From assembly GCA_040285825.1 (NCBI GenBank), contig JAUPSS010000003.1, forward strand, positions 3,472,001 to 3,536,000: a stretch of DNA of 64,000 nt. Direction: 5' to 3'. A program made the translations under genes and the position numbers. The stretch is from Eukaryota sp. TZLM1-RC (lineage: Eukaryota; Protista; Metamonada: BaSk clade). The first letter of the stretch is position 1. Every line of letters starts with the position of its first letter. This document shows positions 35,143 to 47,524 of this stretch, in pieces. The notes below the pieces were generated by a model. The model did no database searches. It was given only the letters and a program-made list of their open reading frames with translations, and had not been told where the DNA came from.

Positions 35143-35454
35143 GTTGGCAAATGTTCTGAATAGTAGGAGAACTTTTGCAGGATTTCAAATATTTTGAACA
35201 ATTTTCAATTCTAAGTGTTGCCAAGTTGCTTCTTTATCGAACAGTATTGGTCTTCTACACAGATTTTGAATTTACAACATAATATATGTATGTCATGGTT
35301 TATACATTAAGCGGTGTGGTTTTCATCCACTTCTATCTATTAGTTCCACAGCCAATATATAGATAGCACTAAAAATTATATGCACTGATGAATTACTTAG
35401 TTCCCAATATCGAATTCATTACCCAATCTATTTATACTTATTGATTCCAATGAA

Positions 35455-36060
35455 AACTAAACAACAAACCTAAAATTCTAAATCTGCATACCCCAAATCA
35501 GCCAAAAAGAATTGACTGGAAGTTTTTCTTTCTTAAAACCGACCAAAAGATAACAAAACAGAAAATAACAAGGGTACAACACCTTTGAAAATACAAAATA
35601 CAATTCTGTTCTGCAACAACGTTTTTTTTATTCCTTATTAGATAAATAAATGAAAAATGGTATAAAATAACTCTTCCTGTACCATGTTTCACAATTTCAA
35701 TGAAATCATCCAAGAAAGATTAAACAAAGATTAAACAAAGCAGCCATTTAAGGAAAAAGCAAATGGACAAAGGACATAAGGAGTATGCGATTCAGCATTC
35801 AAGGATAGCAATTTTGCTTTATATTTATCAATTTTAGAATTTTCATCAACACACGGCCGATTCTTGTGTTTTGACTGAGCTAATGGTATGAAAGAATTAT
35901 TACCCACATCAGTGGATCTCACATCAGTAATGATAGTCGTCCCTTCAAGACCTTGAAGCATTTAATCACCACTATTAGACCAAAAGAATTCAAAGTGTCT
36001 TCATCAACCAAACGAGAGAGCAATGGTTCTAAATAAAGAAGAATTCTGTGTGACTTTGAA
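35455..36060 (-). mobile_element. RLE non-LTR 3' fragment
   Basis: GLEGTTIITDVRSTDV...KIDKYK...CPFAFSL, closely similar to 46920-47474. Confidence 0.8.
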
Positions 36061-36639
36061 CTAGTTCAGGATTTTGTTCTTAGGTGATTGAACGAGTGGC
36101 AAAGTTCACGTCACATATTTGAAGTGGTTCTGGAAATGTTAGTAATTTCACCTGAATAACAAATTCCTAAGATAAAAAACTTAATATGTTTCTCGATTTC
36201 AAAAGAAGAAATTGTATCAAGTTCAGTCTCATTAACCAATCTGAGTCTTTGTGGTTAACTTCGCCCTCATTGTTATCTACCTTTTCATTTGAAGCTTCAA
36301 GATCATCTTCGAATACAGAATTCCACTCAAAAGAAGTGAGTGAAATCATGAATATGAAAAATAAATGATGTACCAACATTTTGGTATCAATTAGTTTTCA
36401 GGAACTTCTTCAATAGAATCTCAAATTTTTGCAGCATTTATGTGAAGATTTCAAAAAGGAAAAAATACTTGAAATCCTTGGAGTTCATTGTGAAAAGAAA
36501 AACTGGCTAGTTGTGGTCAATTTTGATGTTTTAAAGTGAATCTTCAAATCTTCAATTATCGATTTCTTTTCTAAAATTCAACAACACAAAAATCTGAAAA
36601 TACAATATTTATTGATAAAAATACAAGCCTTAAGCCTAC

Positions 36640-39336
36640 TCAAATTAAATAATCAACAGCATCATGACTGGGAAAAGACCAATATTTAGAAACTTTTGAT
36701 TGAATGATCTCAATTTCTTCTTGATTGTCAGGAACTTCTTCTTCCATCCTAAAACGATGTTTTCGTTGCTCCTTGTTAATTACCTTTTCATTTAATTGCT
36801 TTAAAATGACTTCATCCAAAAAAGGAAATTTCACCAGATTTCTGACGATTTTTGAGCTTTTCAAGGAATTAACCTTTGAGAAATTGCAACTACTGAGCTG
36901 ACTCGGAAGTAAATTTGAAAGAAAATCACTAAATCCATCATAAAATGATTGGTTTTTCCTATAAATTAGACTAAAGAAGTTACAATTGTCACCAACAATG
37001 GCTGGTTTTGAATCGTTGATCAAATCAAAATCACTCAACACAGAAAACAAAACGTGATCAACAAAATTAATCAAAAATACTGATTGATGAGGGTTAAAAT
37101 CAACACATTTAATCATCACGTCATCAATGATTGATTGATGAAAATTGATTGAAGGTACCAATTGTTTAGCCAATACTCCGTCAAATTCATCTTGACTTCC
37201 GACAAAGTCTTCAATAGTCAATTCCAACAAATCGTTAATCACATAATAATGGTCATTAAAGTCTCTCAATCTTAAAAATGATTGTCCATCAAAGTAATAG
37301 TAACCGAGGGCTTGATTTGGAAATCTCGGAGGCTCAACAGAAATAGACTCTTCGTAATGATTGACTAAAAGCGGTGAATTTCGTCCAGTAAAGTAAACGT
37401 GATTCTGATTGGTGATTACCAGGTTTCCGAAGGGGCCAGTTAATAACTGTTTAGGTGACTGAGAGGATTCCATTTGAATATTGAATGTAACCAAACTGAA
37501 AGCATTGGAAAACAAGCAAACAGAACCCACAAATTCTCTGCTATTTCCCACCAAACTTCTGTAGAAAAACAAATATTTGGAAAAGAGCTCAGATTGGGGA
37601 TCAAACGGTTCGTAGACCAAAATTTGGGTAACTTTTGATCCAGGTAAATGTTTGAAATAATCTGCAAATGACAAAAGATACTTCAACTTTGCAGTAATTC
37701 TGACAAATTCAACATTTAATAAAGTCAGTTTGTTTCCCAAAGAGTCAAGAACAGTCCTGCATTGATTACAATCAAAAGTGACCAAAAGGGAAGGTTCTGT
37801 GACCAAGGAAAAAGGTTGAAATAAATCATATTGATTTAAAATTGATTGTGCCGATCTCCTGATTTCATTTTCGAATAAAACATCACAATTGAAACTAATT
37901 TTGCCATTAATAGTGTTTAATCCAATAAAGAGGGAAGAACTGAAACAATAATAGAAATCATTGGAAAAATGGCAGCTTGAATGGTCAAAATTAAAGCTCA
38001 TATTTCCAAAATTGACAGTCATTGACACGTCATCATTTAATCCTGTCACGTGTACTGAATTGCCGAAATAGGAAAGAGTAAGGTTGCTGAGGGATGTTCG
38101 CGAAATAAAAACATCATCTCTTTCAATCAAAATTGATTGATCAGAAGGTCTAACAGTTAACAACGACCTATCAGAAGTCGTGATTGTTGATTGCTTGATT
38201 TGAATATATGATGGTTTCAATCCAATCAAATAGTAATCAGTTGCTTTAAAATCTCCACTCCTCCACTCCAGAATGTCCGCTGGAAATTGACGAGGTAAAC
38301 ACGTCATCAGATCAAAATCAATCAACTCTTGATTGTTTCTGGTGAAAATAAACAAATTATTTAAATATTTGGTTGGTTTGGAAACAAAAGAACTACATAA
38401 GCAAGAATTGCTTAAAACAAATTCCAAAAAAACGTCTTTAAAAGAATTCTCATGACTTTGCAACCATTTATGACCTGATGACGTGTCAAGGTCAAAAACC
38501 AATGGTAAAAAGTCTGCAATTTTCTTTTCAAATCCAAATTCATTCACTAAAAACCTCGAAATTTCAGCATTTAAAACAGAATCTTTTTGTAAATCTTTCA
38601 ATAAATCCTTGTAATAATCAACAATCAAATTGGAGTAGTGATTAATGACTGTATGGCTCCAATCAGTCATCTCTACAGCATTTGACACGTCATCACACGT
38701 CAAAAGTCTTCTGGAGTCAAGAACGATGACGTCATTGGTTGACTCGTCTTGAGAGACAAGGGGGTCTGTTATAGATGAAATGATAGACTCAAGTACAAAT
38801 ACTACATCAAAGCTGGAAGAAGAAAAGTTCGAAAGATGGTGCTTGTAAAAAGAGAGATCAAAATTTGGATCAAAATCATCAGGAATTCTAACCAGTGACG
38901 TAGCAGAGTCAAGGAAAGTCTGATAGTCTTCCCTTGTGTTCTGTAATTGTTCAAGACCTCTGTTGACTTCGGTAGGTTCAAACGAAGGAATCTCTTCGAA
39001 TAAATATTCAGAAGAAGATAAAGGACCATTGCAAAGAAGGTTAATAGTATCTGAAAAAGAAGTAGACAAAAAATGAAGAATTTCTTGGTTATATTCCTTG
39101 AGAAAGTTGAGAACAACGGCAGTATCAGCGGTGGAGTCCTCTGGAAGGGAAGACAAAAGTAACTCAACAAGTATGGATGCATCAGGGGATTTGAGTTTAG
39201 AAAAAAGTGGGTGTGACTTTGATGAAGAAGCTTTAGATAGAACTTGGTCAAAGAGAATAATATCAGCATTGGGTATAGACTCAGACGGGGCAGTAAGTGT
39301 GTCTGTAGAGACACAAAGAACAAGTGCAGTGTACAT
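36640..39336 (-). CDS. Large hypothetical protein, possibly a divergent SPAG17/PF6-like axonemal central-pair protein
   Basis: Open frame of ~900 aa from MYTALV. The family guess rests only on weak resemblance (beta-rich middle, EPPRF motif). Confidence 0.55.
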   Translation of the reverse strand: MYTALVLCVSTDTLTAPSESIPNADIILFDQVLSKASSSKSHPLFSKLKSPDASILVELLLSSLPEDSTADTAVVLNFLKEYNQEILHFLSTSFSDTINLLCNGPLSSSEYLFEEIPSFEPTEVNRGLEQLQNTREDYQTFLDSATSLVRIPDDFDPNFDLSFYKHHLSNFSSSSFDVVFVLESIISSITDPLVSQDESTNDVIVLDSRRLLTCDDVSNAVEMTDWSHTVINHYSNLIVDYYKDLLKDLQKDSVLNAEISRFLVNEFGFEKKIADFLPLVFDLDTSSGHKWLQSHENSFKDVFLEFVLSNSCLCSSFVSKPTKYLNNLFIFTRNNQELIDFDLMTCLPRQFPADILEWRSGDFKATDYYLIGLKPSYIQIKQSTITTSDRSLLTVRPSDQSILIERDDVFISRTSLSNLTLSYFGNSVHVTGLNDDVSMTVNFGNMSFNFDHSSCHFSNDFYYCFSSSLFIGLNTINGKISFNCDVLFENEIRRSAQSILNQYDLFQPFSLVTEPSLLVTFDCNQCRTVLDSLGNKLTLLNVEFVRITAKLKYLLSFADYFKHLPGSKVTQILVYEPFDPQSELFSKYLFFYRSLVGNSREFVGSVCLFSNAFSLVTFNIQMESSQSPKQLLTGPFGNLVITNQNHVYFTGRNSPLLVNHYEESISVEPPRFPNQALGYYYFDGQSFLRLRDFNDHYYVINDLLELTIEDFVGSQDEFDGVLAKQLVPSINFHQSIIDDVMIKCVDFNPHQSVFLINFVDHVLFSVLSDFDLINDSKPAIVGDNCNFFSLIYRKNQSFYDGFSDFLSNLLPSQLSSCNFSKVNSLKSSKIVRNLVKFPFLDEVILKQLNEKVINKEQRKHRFRMEEEVPDNQEEIEIIQSKVSKYWSFPSHDAVDYLI

Positions 39337-39389
39337 GGAAAAATCCAAAAATGTTCCAAAAAAATCATCTCTACCCAAACTGAATTTAA

Positions 39390-39896
39390 ATGGGTCAGGA
39401 AAGCAGCAGACCATCCGAAACTGTTGAGGATATAATAACAGTATCTTCAAGAGCAACTGTCATTGATGAGTACCATGAAAGGGTGGCTTCTTTGCCTTTG
39501 CCCCGTGTGTTGCTAGACCCGACTTCGGACAGGCCGTTAAAAAGTATTTCTAAACCATCAACTGTTGCGCTCTCCCCTGCCATTCAATCAATTCTTAATG
39601 ATCATTATCAAAGGACTTGCGAGATAATAACAACACAGCAATTGATATCTGATCCAATACTGAAGATTAGCAACACCTTATCTCATCAACAACGTTTGTT
39701 TGTTAAAAAGACCACAGAACTCAATGACTTCAACTTTGATACTTTTATAACAAATTCCTTGTCAGAGATTTGTACTCAATTAAATTCAGTTCTTGCACTT
39801 ACAGATCGCTGCCATGCATTGTTGGAGAATCTTTGTGCCAGGAGAATTGAAAGTTTTGACACCTTTTGCACACGTCTGGTGGAGAATCTGCCTTGA
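39390..39896 (+). CDS. BORCS5/myrlysin-like protein
   Basis: N-myristoylation-type MGQESS, EDIITV, then LP...LL and a C-terminal coiled coil; size fits. Confidence 0.5.
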   Translation: MGQESSRPSETVEDIITVSSRATVIDEYHERVASLPLPRVLLDPTSDRPLKSISKPSTVALSPAIQSILNDHYQRTCEIITTQQLISDPILKISNTLSHQQRLFVKKTTELNDFNFDTFITNSLSEICTQLNSVLALTDRCHALLENLCARRIESFDTFCTRLVENLP

Positions 39897-40444
39897 TCAT
39901 TGTTTTTTATTGAAAGAGTTTTGTATCTGTTTAATTATTTTTTTTCCTTTTTAATTATTTTAGTTGTATTGTAGATAGAGAATTTGCTTAACTTCAATAT
40001 CATGTTATTAATCTTTCTGAAATTAACCAATTCTTGATAAAATACCCATCCGTTCACTTCAATTTCAACGAGATAAGTTATATAATGCACGTAAAGCACC
40101 CTAAGTTGACAATTATTGAAGGAATGTTTTGAAGTTCTTAACAAATTATACTCCAACATCTTTCACAACGTTCTGGTCACCTTTTGGACTTGAGGTGTTG
40201 CTTATCAAAAACAATAACTCGTTAATAACTTGAAACATTAAGTAATTATGATTTAAACAAAATTATTCCTGGAAAAGATTTAAACATAGAACTTATCAAA
40301 TTGTGTAAGTGCAAGAACAGCAAAATCCTATTTTAAATGTTGCCAGATGCCTTCGATTGGCTTTTTGACCAACGGCCCATCAAAAAACGTTGGATAAAAG
40401 CCAATTTTGTTGTGAACCCTTTTGTTTTGGGGCATCTTATATGT

Positions 40445-40530
40445 TTTTTTATTAGAATTCCACACTTAACAAAATAAACTCATAACTAATGGACCGCAAT
40501 TGGACGAACGTCCATTTTTGAATTCATTAC
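40445..40530 (-). mobile_element. Short 3' tail of an RLE non-LTR element
   Basis: CACACTTAACAAAATAAACTCATAACTAATGG matches 18650-18681. Confidence 0.55.
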
Positions 40531-40859
40531 AAGTGCAGTCAAACATGAACATCTTAATTCTTCAGCATATTTAAGTTGACCAGTCAAAATTCTATTAAAA
40601 AATTGGGTTATTCCTCGGTATCAGACCAACTGGTCTAGGAACATCTCAGCCTCTAGAAATCAGCTGGATATTGCAATCAGTGAGTATTTCACTGGTACTA
40701 GGCCAGAACCATTCCGAAGACCAAGGCATGTAATACGTCTAAGGAGACAGCAGTTGCTGTTTTCATCAACGTATTTCCAAGGTGTTTAGTGTTTACTAAC
40801 TCTTGGTGCTGAGAAGTTAACATCAGTTTTGGTGAAATTTATTCAATATCCATCTTGAT

Positions 40860-43800
40860 CAGTGTTCGGAATGGACACGTGTCGAACATGTGTTGAAAAG
40901 CCATGTTCCCTCTCCACTATTGCTTTTCCTCAACTGTCCAATGTCGGATCCCTCCTACAAACTTTTGACACTGCATAACGAATCCTCTTGAAGAAACTAC
41001 TGCTTTGACAGACATTTTTGCCCCGAACTTCGACACAGAGGAGTTGCTCTGTTCGAAAAGCTTCATCTTGCTGATCGCACAACCTTGAACGAAATCCGCG
41101 GGTCTGCTTCACTCAATCTCTTACCAAACTCTCAAGCACCTACTCAACCTCCAGACAAGCAACCACGTATCAATGATGTCTTTTCTTCGGCTAACAACTT
41201 CAAGGCTAATTGTGATCTTGCCCTTTCCAACATGCTCGTTTCTTGTGCACTCCCTCCACATATTGTTCATAACCCTGAATTTAAAAGTTTTTCTCCATTC
41301 TTTTAGAAAACAAATACCAGGTAACAAGTGAGACCACCGTAAGAAAAAGAAATGATTCTTAATGCAAAAGAAGTCTTGGAACAAGAGTTGCAACAGTTTG
41401 TCCAATCACTAGACCACAGTAAATGTATTCTGGTTTTCGATGGGTGGTCAGACCAGGGATGACTAAAGTGGTCCAAAAAATGAAATTAAAGTACTTTATT
41501 TACTTTAAGCTTTACTTTAAACTTTAAGCTTTAAGCTCTAAAATTGGCTAAAGTGGTATAAAGTAGTGAACGCTTCTTTCTTTACTCTCCACCCCTTTCT
41601 CACTTCATTTTTCTTATATATTTTCTTTTGTTAATGACTTCACTCCCTTGTGAGGCTTGGACGAATGTCTGTCAAGTCAACGAAGTTGTTTCAAAGACTT
41701 GTGCGCGCTTTCAATGTCTATTATGCGATGAGGTCTATTCTGTCAACCGATGGGCAATGGAAGGGCATTATGTACCTGACCTACTACCTAAAAGACAGGT
41801 ACCGTTATGCAACCAAATAGGGTGTCCTGAGAGTAACAATGGTAAGAAGGTTGCAGACTTACGAGTGTATCTAGCTACACATTCTAGACAACGCAAAAGA
41901 CGAGCTTCCAGTATCAATAGTCCAGCTCCTAGACAAGCACTTCCGTCCTTTTCAAGTCCTTCTCCACTTACTCCTTTTAGAGGAGGAAGAAGTAGTTCAA
42001 AGAAGTATTGGGACTGGCTGAATGGTGCAGATGTCCCCAATGAACCTGATGAGTTGGAAGTAAGTAGCGGGGTGTCATCCGATGAAGATGTAATTGAGAT
42101 CCATGAGTAGAAGAGTGTTGGTGCTCATCCACCACATACTTAATTTTTCAATCAGTTTTTGATGAGTTTCTGAATAAATGTTAGGTTTTGTTATCTTATG
42201 GTGAATTGAAAAGTTACCTTACTTGAAGAGGATTTCGTAAATAGAATGTTCTCTATTAAAATGTACAACATGTTTGTCAAACCAAATAATGATGACTCTA
42301 CTTTATCAAAAAAAGATTCTTTAAAGTAAAGTAAAATAAAGTAAAGTGCTTAAAGTACTTTACCACTTTAGTTATGCCTGGGTCAGACCCATCAAAAAAA
42401 CACTATCTCAACTTTTTATTGGTTAGTCATTCTGGAGTCTATTTTGTAAAGTCAATTGATACAAGTGGTGTACACAACAATGCCATATATATAGCAACTG
42501 AAATAAAAGCTGTATTAGTAGCTGTTGGTCCATCAAAGGTCACTCAAATTATTTCCGATAATGCACCTGTTTGCCCCGCTGCTGTTGACATCATCCAAAA
42601 TGAATTCGACCATATTCATTTTTCCCCATGTAGCTCTCATACACTCGATTTCTCGATTTGGCTCTAAAAGGTTTTAAAGAAATACTTCCTTTTTCAAATT
42701 TGATACAAAATTCTATCAAACTTTCTACATTTATCATCAATAAAAATGTATTTCGAGAAGAATTCGAAAGGAGATCACCAGACAAATTATTGAAGCCTTC
42801 ACCAACACGCTTTTATACAAATTTTCTTCTTTTTGACCGGCTACTAAAAGTGAAAGAACATTTATTAAGTATAATACTGGCCGACAATGTTGAAAAAGCT
42901 GCTGAAAAATTGAATGCAGACACTAGATCCGAGTATACAAGACTGAAATTTCTAATCGATGGCATATGGTGGAATAACATTTAGGAACTGCTTGAATACT
43001 GGAAGCCTTTTGTTTCATTAATTCGCTTTACAGATTAATTAATTAGGAATAACGTTGTGCTCAGCAAACTTTTGAGTCGTTCAAGGAAATTATGCAACGA
43101 TGTGTTTGAAACAAATTTGTCGTTTTTGTCCTATGATAAAAATGTATCATTGAAGAGTGAGATACAAGGTCGATGTCACCAAGTAATTACCTATTTTCAT
43201 GTTGTTGCACACCTGTTGGATCCTGAATCCCATGTAGAATTAGGAGCAATGAATGACAATCAAGTGGCAGCACTTCAAAAAACAATTATTAAGTGTTTAG
43301 GAGTTGAAGATGGTCGCAAGGCTTATAGAGAATTTTTAGACTACGAGCATAGACCAGGATTCTACTGTAACTTTCTGATGTGGAATGAATGTGATAAAAT
43401 GAGTCCTATGACATGGTGGAAGATCTACGGTTCTAGATATGGTATGCTGTGTGATGTAGCTGTGAAAGTACTTGCTCAAGCCACATCAAGTGGTGCAGCA
43501 GAGCGCAACTGGAGTGTTCACTCAGTTATCAAAACGAAGAGAAGAAACAGAATGAGTCCAAAGTTGTTGGATGACTAGGTCTTCATATATGCAAACTCAA
43601 GACTGAAAAATCAGTTAGCCTGTGTCAATTCTTCAGAAGAATTTTTACCCTGGGATGATGAATATCTTATCGCGGTTCCAGACCCTGATGGTGAAGACTC
43701 GATTGTACCACTTGAAGACTTTGTAGATCCTTGTTATTACGAAAACCTTTAGTTTTGTTTCTATATTTTTATGTTTTTGCACCATAAAGTTGTATCAACG

Positions 43801-43883
43801 ATTTTGTCGGATAAACACCTGGACATGTGTTGATCAGCTTTGGACACGTGTCGGACACGTGTAAAGGGTAAATCCGAACACTG
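40860..43883 (+). mobile_element. hAT DNA transposon (decayed transposase)
   Basis: TIR CAGTGTTCGGA / TCCGAACACTG, 8 bp TSD ATCTTGAT, subterminal GGACACGTGTC. Transposase motifs FDGWSD, SDNA, CSSHTLD, TRF, WW...SSGAAERNWS. Confidence 0.93.
41454..42380 (+). mobile_element. Non-autonomous TIR element (8 bp TSD) nested in the hAT transposase; carries a zinc-finger ORF at 41628-42110
   Basis: TIRs CAGGGATGACTAAAGTGGT / ACCACTTTAGTTATGCCTG, TSD GGTCAGAC, subterminal TAAAGT/ACTTTA repeats. Confidence 0.88.
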
Positions 43884-43955
43884 ATCTTGATGTGAAATTC
43901 TCAGAGATCCAAAACTCAATCCCACACCTCATTTTAACATACAATATCTGTAAGA

Positions 43956-45932
43956 ATGACCCACAGCCTCAATGTTTCTCTTCTTGACATGGGACATAGC
44001 TTCTTTAAAGCAGGTATTCAAGCTGAAGAATCCAAATCGCTTCAAGCTGCTGTCCAGCACTATTGTGATGCTGCGGAAGCATATTATCGATATGCACAGA
44101 AATCATCTCCATGTACCGATAAACAAAAGTACATTAAAATGAGTCATGATATAGTCAGTAGAGCCGAACAACTGATGATCTCCTTTTCGCCTACTTTTCT
44201 ATCTTCTAGAAGTGTTTCTCTGTCTTCTTCAGAAATAGAGGTACTGAAGAAAGCCAGTAAAATACACAATCTTGTTTTTCTTCCCTGGGTACATGCTGAT
44301 TCACGGTCAGTTAAAACCTCACCCAATTATACAGATCCCAATGGCTTATTCACCCTCACTGAAAGGCAAGCTTCGTACTTCACCTCGTGGAGAAGGGCGA
44401 CTGAGTTTAGTAATTCAATGAAGTCGCCAGAACCCAAATCTATCAAACAAACGTTAATTTCTGATTGTTCTTTTGTTGCGTCCTTAATTGTGGCAAGTAA
44501 CTATGAAAAAACTTTTTCTAAATCCTTGTTCTCGTCTATTATTTATCCTCAAAGGAACTTCCAACCTCATCTAAGTCCTTCTGGACATTACATCATTCGA
44601 TTAAAGTACAATGGTGTCTTTAGGAGGATTGACATTGATGATTTCCTTCCATATTCTAATCGGACAAAATATCCTTTGTTGTGTTCATTCTCCACCACTG
44701 GTTCATTGCTTGTTCCTTTGCTGGAAAAGGCTTTTCTTAAGTTAAATGGTTGTTCTTATAAATTCAAGGGGTCTTGGTCTAGTTATGATTTAAACTGTTT
44801 ATTTGGATTTGTACCAGAGACGATTGATTTAAGCAAGGAACAAGAGCTGAAAAAGGCTTTGAACAGGTTCGTTTCAGGTCATCAGCATGGGTACTGTCTG
44901 GCCACCCTCTCCTCTGATAAATGTGGTCAATTGAATGATGCTACTCCTATCGAATCTCATCATGCTTATGCAGTTCTTGAGGTCAAGAATGGTAACGTCA
45001 AGATAATGAACCCATGGCAAACAGGAGGCTTACTGAATGATGGAGTCTTCTCGGTGGAATTGAATTCACTATCCACTTGGTTTAAACATTTGGACCTGTC
45101 GTGGGATGTTCACCAGTTGTTTCCGTCCTCAAAAGTGATTCATTTTTCTTTAGAAGCATCTCGGTTCTCTTCTCTATTCAATTCACCTCAGTTTGTTTTG
45201 AATTTCTCTCATTCAAAATCCGCTACTGATGTTTGGATATTGCTTGAAAGACATCGTAGCCTACATTCAGACGAACAGTTCTCTACCTGTCATTTGCAAC
45301 TTTCCACCGAAGAGAATTCACCTGACATGGACAAACAAATATTGAATTATGATTCAAGAAAGTTTTTTCTTCGAGGTTCTTATTCCAATTCGTATCATTT
45401 ATTACACAAGTTTGAACTTTGGTCCGATCAAACTGAATTGATTGCTGCTATTGACCAAACTTCCAGAGATCATTATGCTAGCTTCTCTCTCTCGGTGTTT
45501 TCCACTTCTCCCTTCTCTCTACGTCAACTCTCTTCATCTTATGCCTTCACCAGACAGTTCGACGGAGCGTGGGGTACATCCAATTCTGGAGGAAGAAGAG
45601 GAAGTGTTGGATGGCTCACAAACCCACAGTTTGGTTTGTTTTTGGGATGTAGTTGTAACGTTGTCATTGGAGTTAATGCTAGCTTGGACCTTAGCGTTGG
45701 GTGCTCGTTGTGTAGAGTGTCTACTTGGAAACAACCAATCACTGAGTCTTCAATTGTTTATGATGTTATTGAAACTGAAACTTATTACATCAAGTCAAAC
45801 CATTTGAAGTTAAACTTGTCAGCTGGAAGCTATATCGTTATTCCATCTACTTTTGATCCTGGTAACTGTGGAAGTTTTTCTCTCGCGGTTTATTCAATGT
45901 CTGACAGTATTGAGGTTTGTAAGTTGATATGA
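43956..45932 (+). CDS. Calpain-7/PalB-like cysteine protease (MIT + CysPc + calpain-III)
   Basis: MIT helices, catalytic QTLISDCSF, HHAY and MNPW motifs, NPQF, YIVIPSTF. Confidence 0.9.
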   Translation: MTHSLNVSLLDMGHSFFKAGIQAEESKSLQAAVQHYCDAAEAYYRYAQKSSPCTDKQKYIKMSHDIVSRAEQLMISFSPTFLSSRSVSLSSSEIEVLKKASKIHNLVFLPWVHADSRSVKTSPNYTDPNGLFTLTERQASYFTSWRRATEFSNSMKSPEPKSIKQTLISDCSFVASLIVASNYEKTFSKSLFSSIIYPQRNFQPHLSPSGHYIIRLKYNGVFRRIDIDDFLPYSNRTKYPLLCSFSTTGSLLVPLLEKAFLKLNGCSYKFKGSWSSYDLNCLFGFVPETIDLSKEQELKKALNRFVSGHQHGYCLATLSSDKCGQLNDATPIESHHAYAVLEVKNGNVKIMNPWQTGGLLNDGVFSVELNSLSTWFKHLDLSWDVHQLFPSSKVIHFSLEASRFSSLFNSPQFVLNFSHSKSATDVWILLERHRSLHSDEQFSTCHLQLSTEENSPDMDKQILNYDSRKFFLRGSYSNSYHLLHKFELWSDQTELIAAIDQTSRDHYASFSLSVFSTSPFSLRQLSSSYAFTRQFDGAWGTSNSGGRRGSVGWLTNPQFGLFLGCSCNVVIGVNASLDLSVGCSLCRVSTWKQPITESSIVYDVIETETYYIKSNHLKLNLSAGSYIVIPSTFDPGNCGSFSLAVYSMSDSIEVCKLI

Positions 45933-46099
45933 TATTAGTTGTTTTTGTTTGTGTAAATATTAAATTTTTCTTGAACGATTCATTTATCTTTTGTTATCCC
46001 ATATGATATAAGTCAGTCGCATAATAGGGTATATTTTATGGATTGTGAAACTCAGGCTTGGGCAGATAGTTACCCCAACCAAAGAGTTCTTGACAATTG

Positions 46100-47524
46100 G
46101 TTGGAGTGACAGACTTTCCACATTTACAAATTAATCCATGAGGAAGATTATCAGGCCAAATAAAAGATCGAAGACGCATAGATAATAAAAAGCAAGGGTC
46201 ATTGAGAAACAAACCATAAATTCTTGGTACTTGATTAATTAAACAAGAAGCAGAACTTTCGCAAACATTCAGTAAAAAATTTGCAAAAGCGGGATTTTTT
46301 TGTTTGGCCATGCCAAGACGTACTTCACAATCCAAGCCTTCAAATATTACTGTCAATTTTTGTTGAAGCTTCTTCACACAATACCTTTAATTAACTAAAT
46401 TTCGTGGAGGAATCTCTTGAACTGAGTCGGGAAAACATTGACACCAAATCTGTGGTGCAATTTTATTAATGGCAACATCAAGGTCATACAAATATTTTAA
46501 AAATGATGGACTGAGCAAATGAATTTCTTCAGGGAAACGATTAAGAAATTCAAAAATAAAATTTTTGCCACCACCAACAAAAGCTGCTTGACAAAGAATT
46601 GAGGATTTGGTAAAGCCAACACCACCGAATTGTGAAGAAGAGAACAAGTGAGCTCGAATTAGCTCAGGATTCCCTTCTGATAGGGAAGCAAAGAAAGTTG
46701 CCCGAAGTTGATTAAATGATCGGCAAAAATCGATAGACAATGAAGGTGCTGTCGACCTCAACAAGTGAGTAATTTTTCCGGAGTAACAAATTTTTAAAGT
46801 AAAAAACTTGATATGTTTTTCAATTTCTAATTCAGAAATTAATATAGAAAACTTATACAGTAAAGTTTATTACATTCCGATCAAAAGTCCATGACGCAGT
46901 TAGGGATCAACTCTATTGTATGTCTCAGTCACACAGAATTGTCTCCTGTTTAGAACGTTTACTTTCTCGTTTGGTTGATGAAGATACTTTGAATTCTTTT
47001 GGTCGTAATAGTGGTGATTTAATGCTTGAAGGTCTTGAAGGGCCCACTATCATTACTGATGTGAGATCAACTGATGTGTGTAATAATTCTTTCATACCAT
47101 TAGCTCAGTCAAAACACAAGAATCGGCCGTCTGTTGACGAAAATTCTAAAATTGATAAATATAAAGCAAAATTGCTATCCTTGAATGCTGAATCGTATAC
47201 TCATTATGTTTTATGTCCATTTGCTTTTTCCTTACATGGTACGCTTGGACCACTTGCTTTATCTTTTTTGGATGATTTTGTTGAAATTGTAAAACAACCT
47301 ACAGGAAGAATTTTTGACAAAATGTTTTGGCAGAACAGAATTGTATTTTCAATTTTCAAAGGTGTTGTCCCCTTATTATCTTCTGCTTTGTTTTCTCTTG
47401 GTCGCTTTTGTGAAGAAAAAACATTCAGTCGATTCTTTTTGGCTGATTTGTGCTATGAAGATATAGAATTTTAAGTTTTGTGTTTAGTTTCTCGTTGGAA
47501 TAAAAAAAATTAAATTAAAAAAAA
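46100..47524. mobile_element. RLE non-LTR insertion with an inverted 5' segment (~46100-46843 minus; ~46858-47524 plus with A-rich tail)
   Basis: The minus part ends at ICKCGKSVTPT; the plus part starts at KFITFRSKVHDAVRDQL, the sequence that immediately follows it in other copies. Confidence 0.8.
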
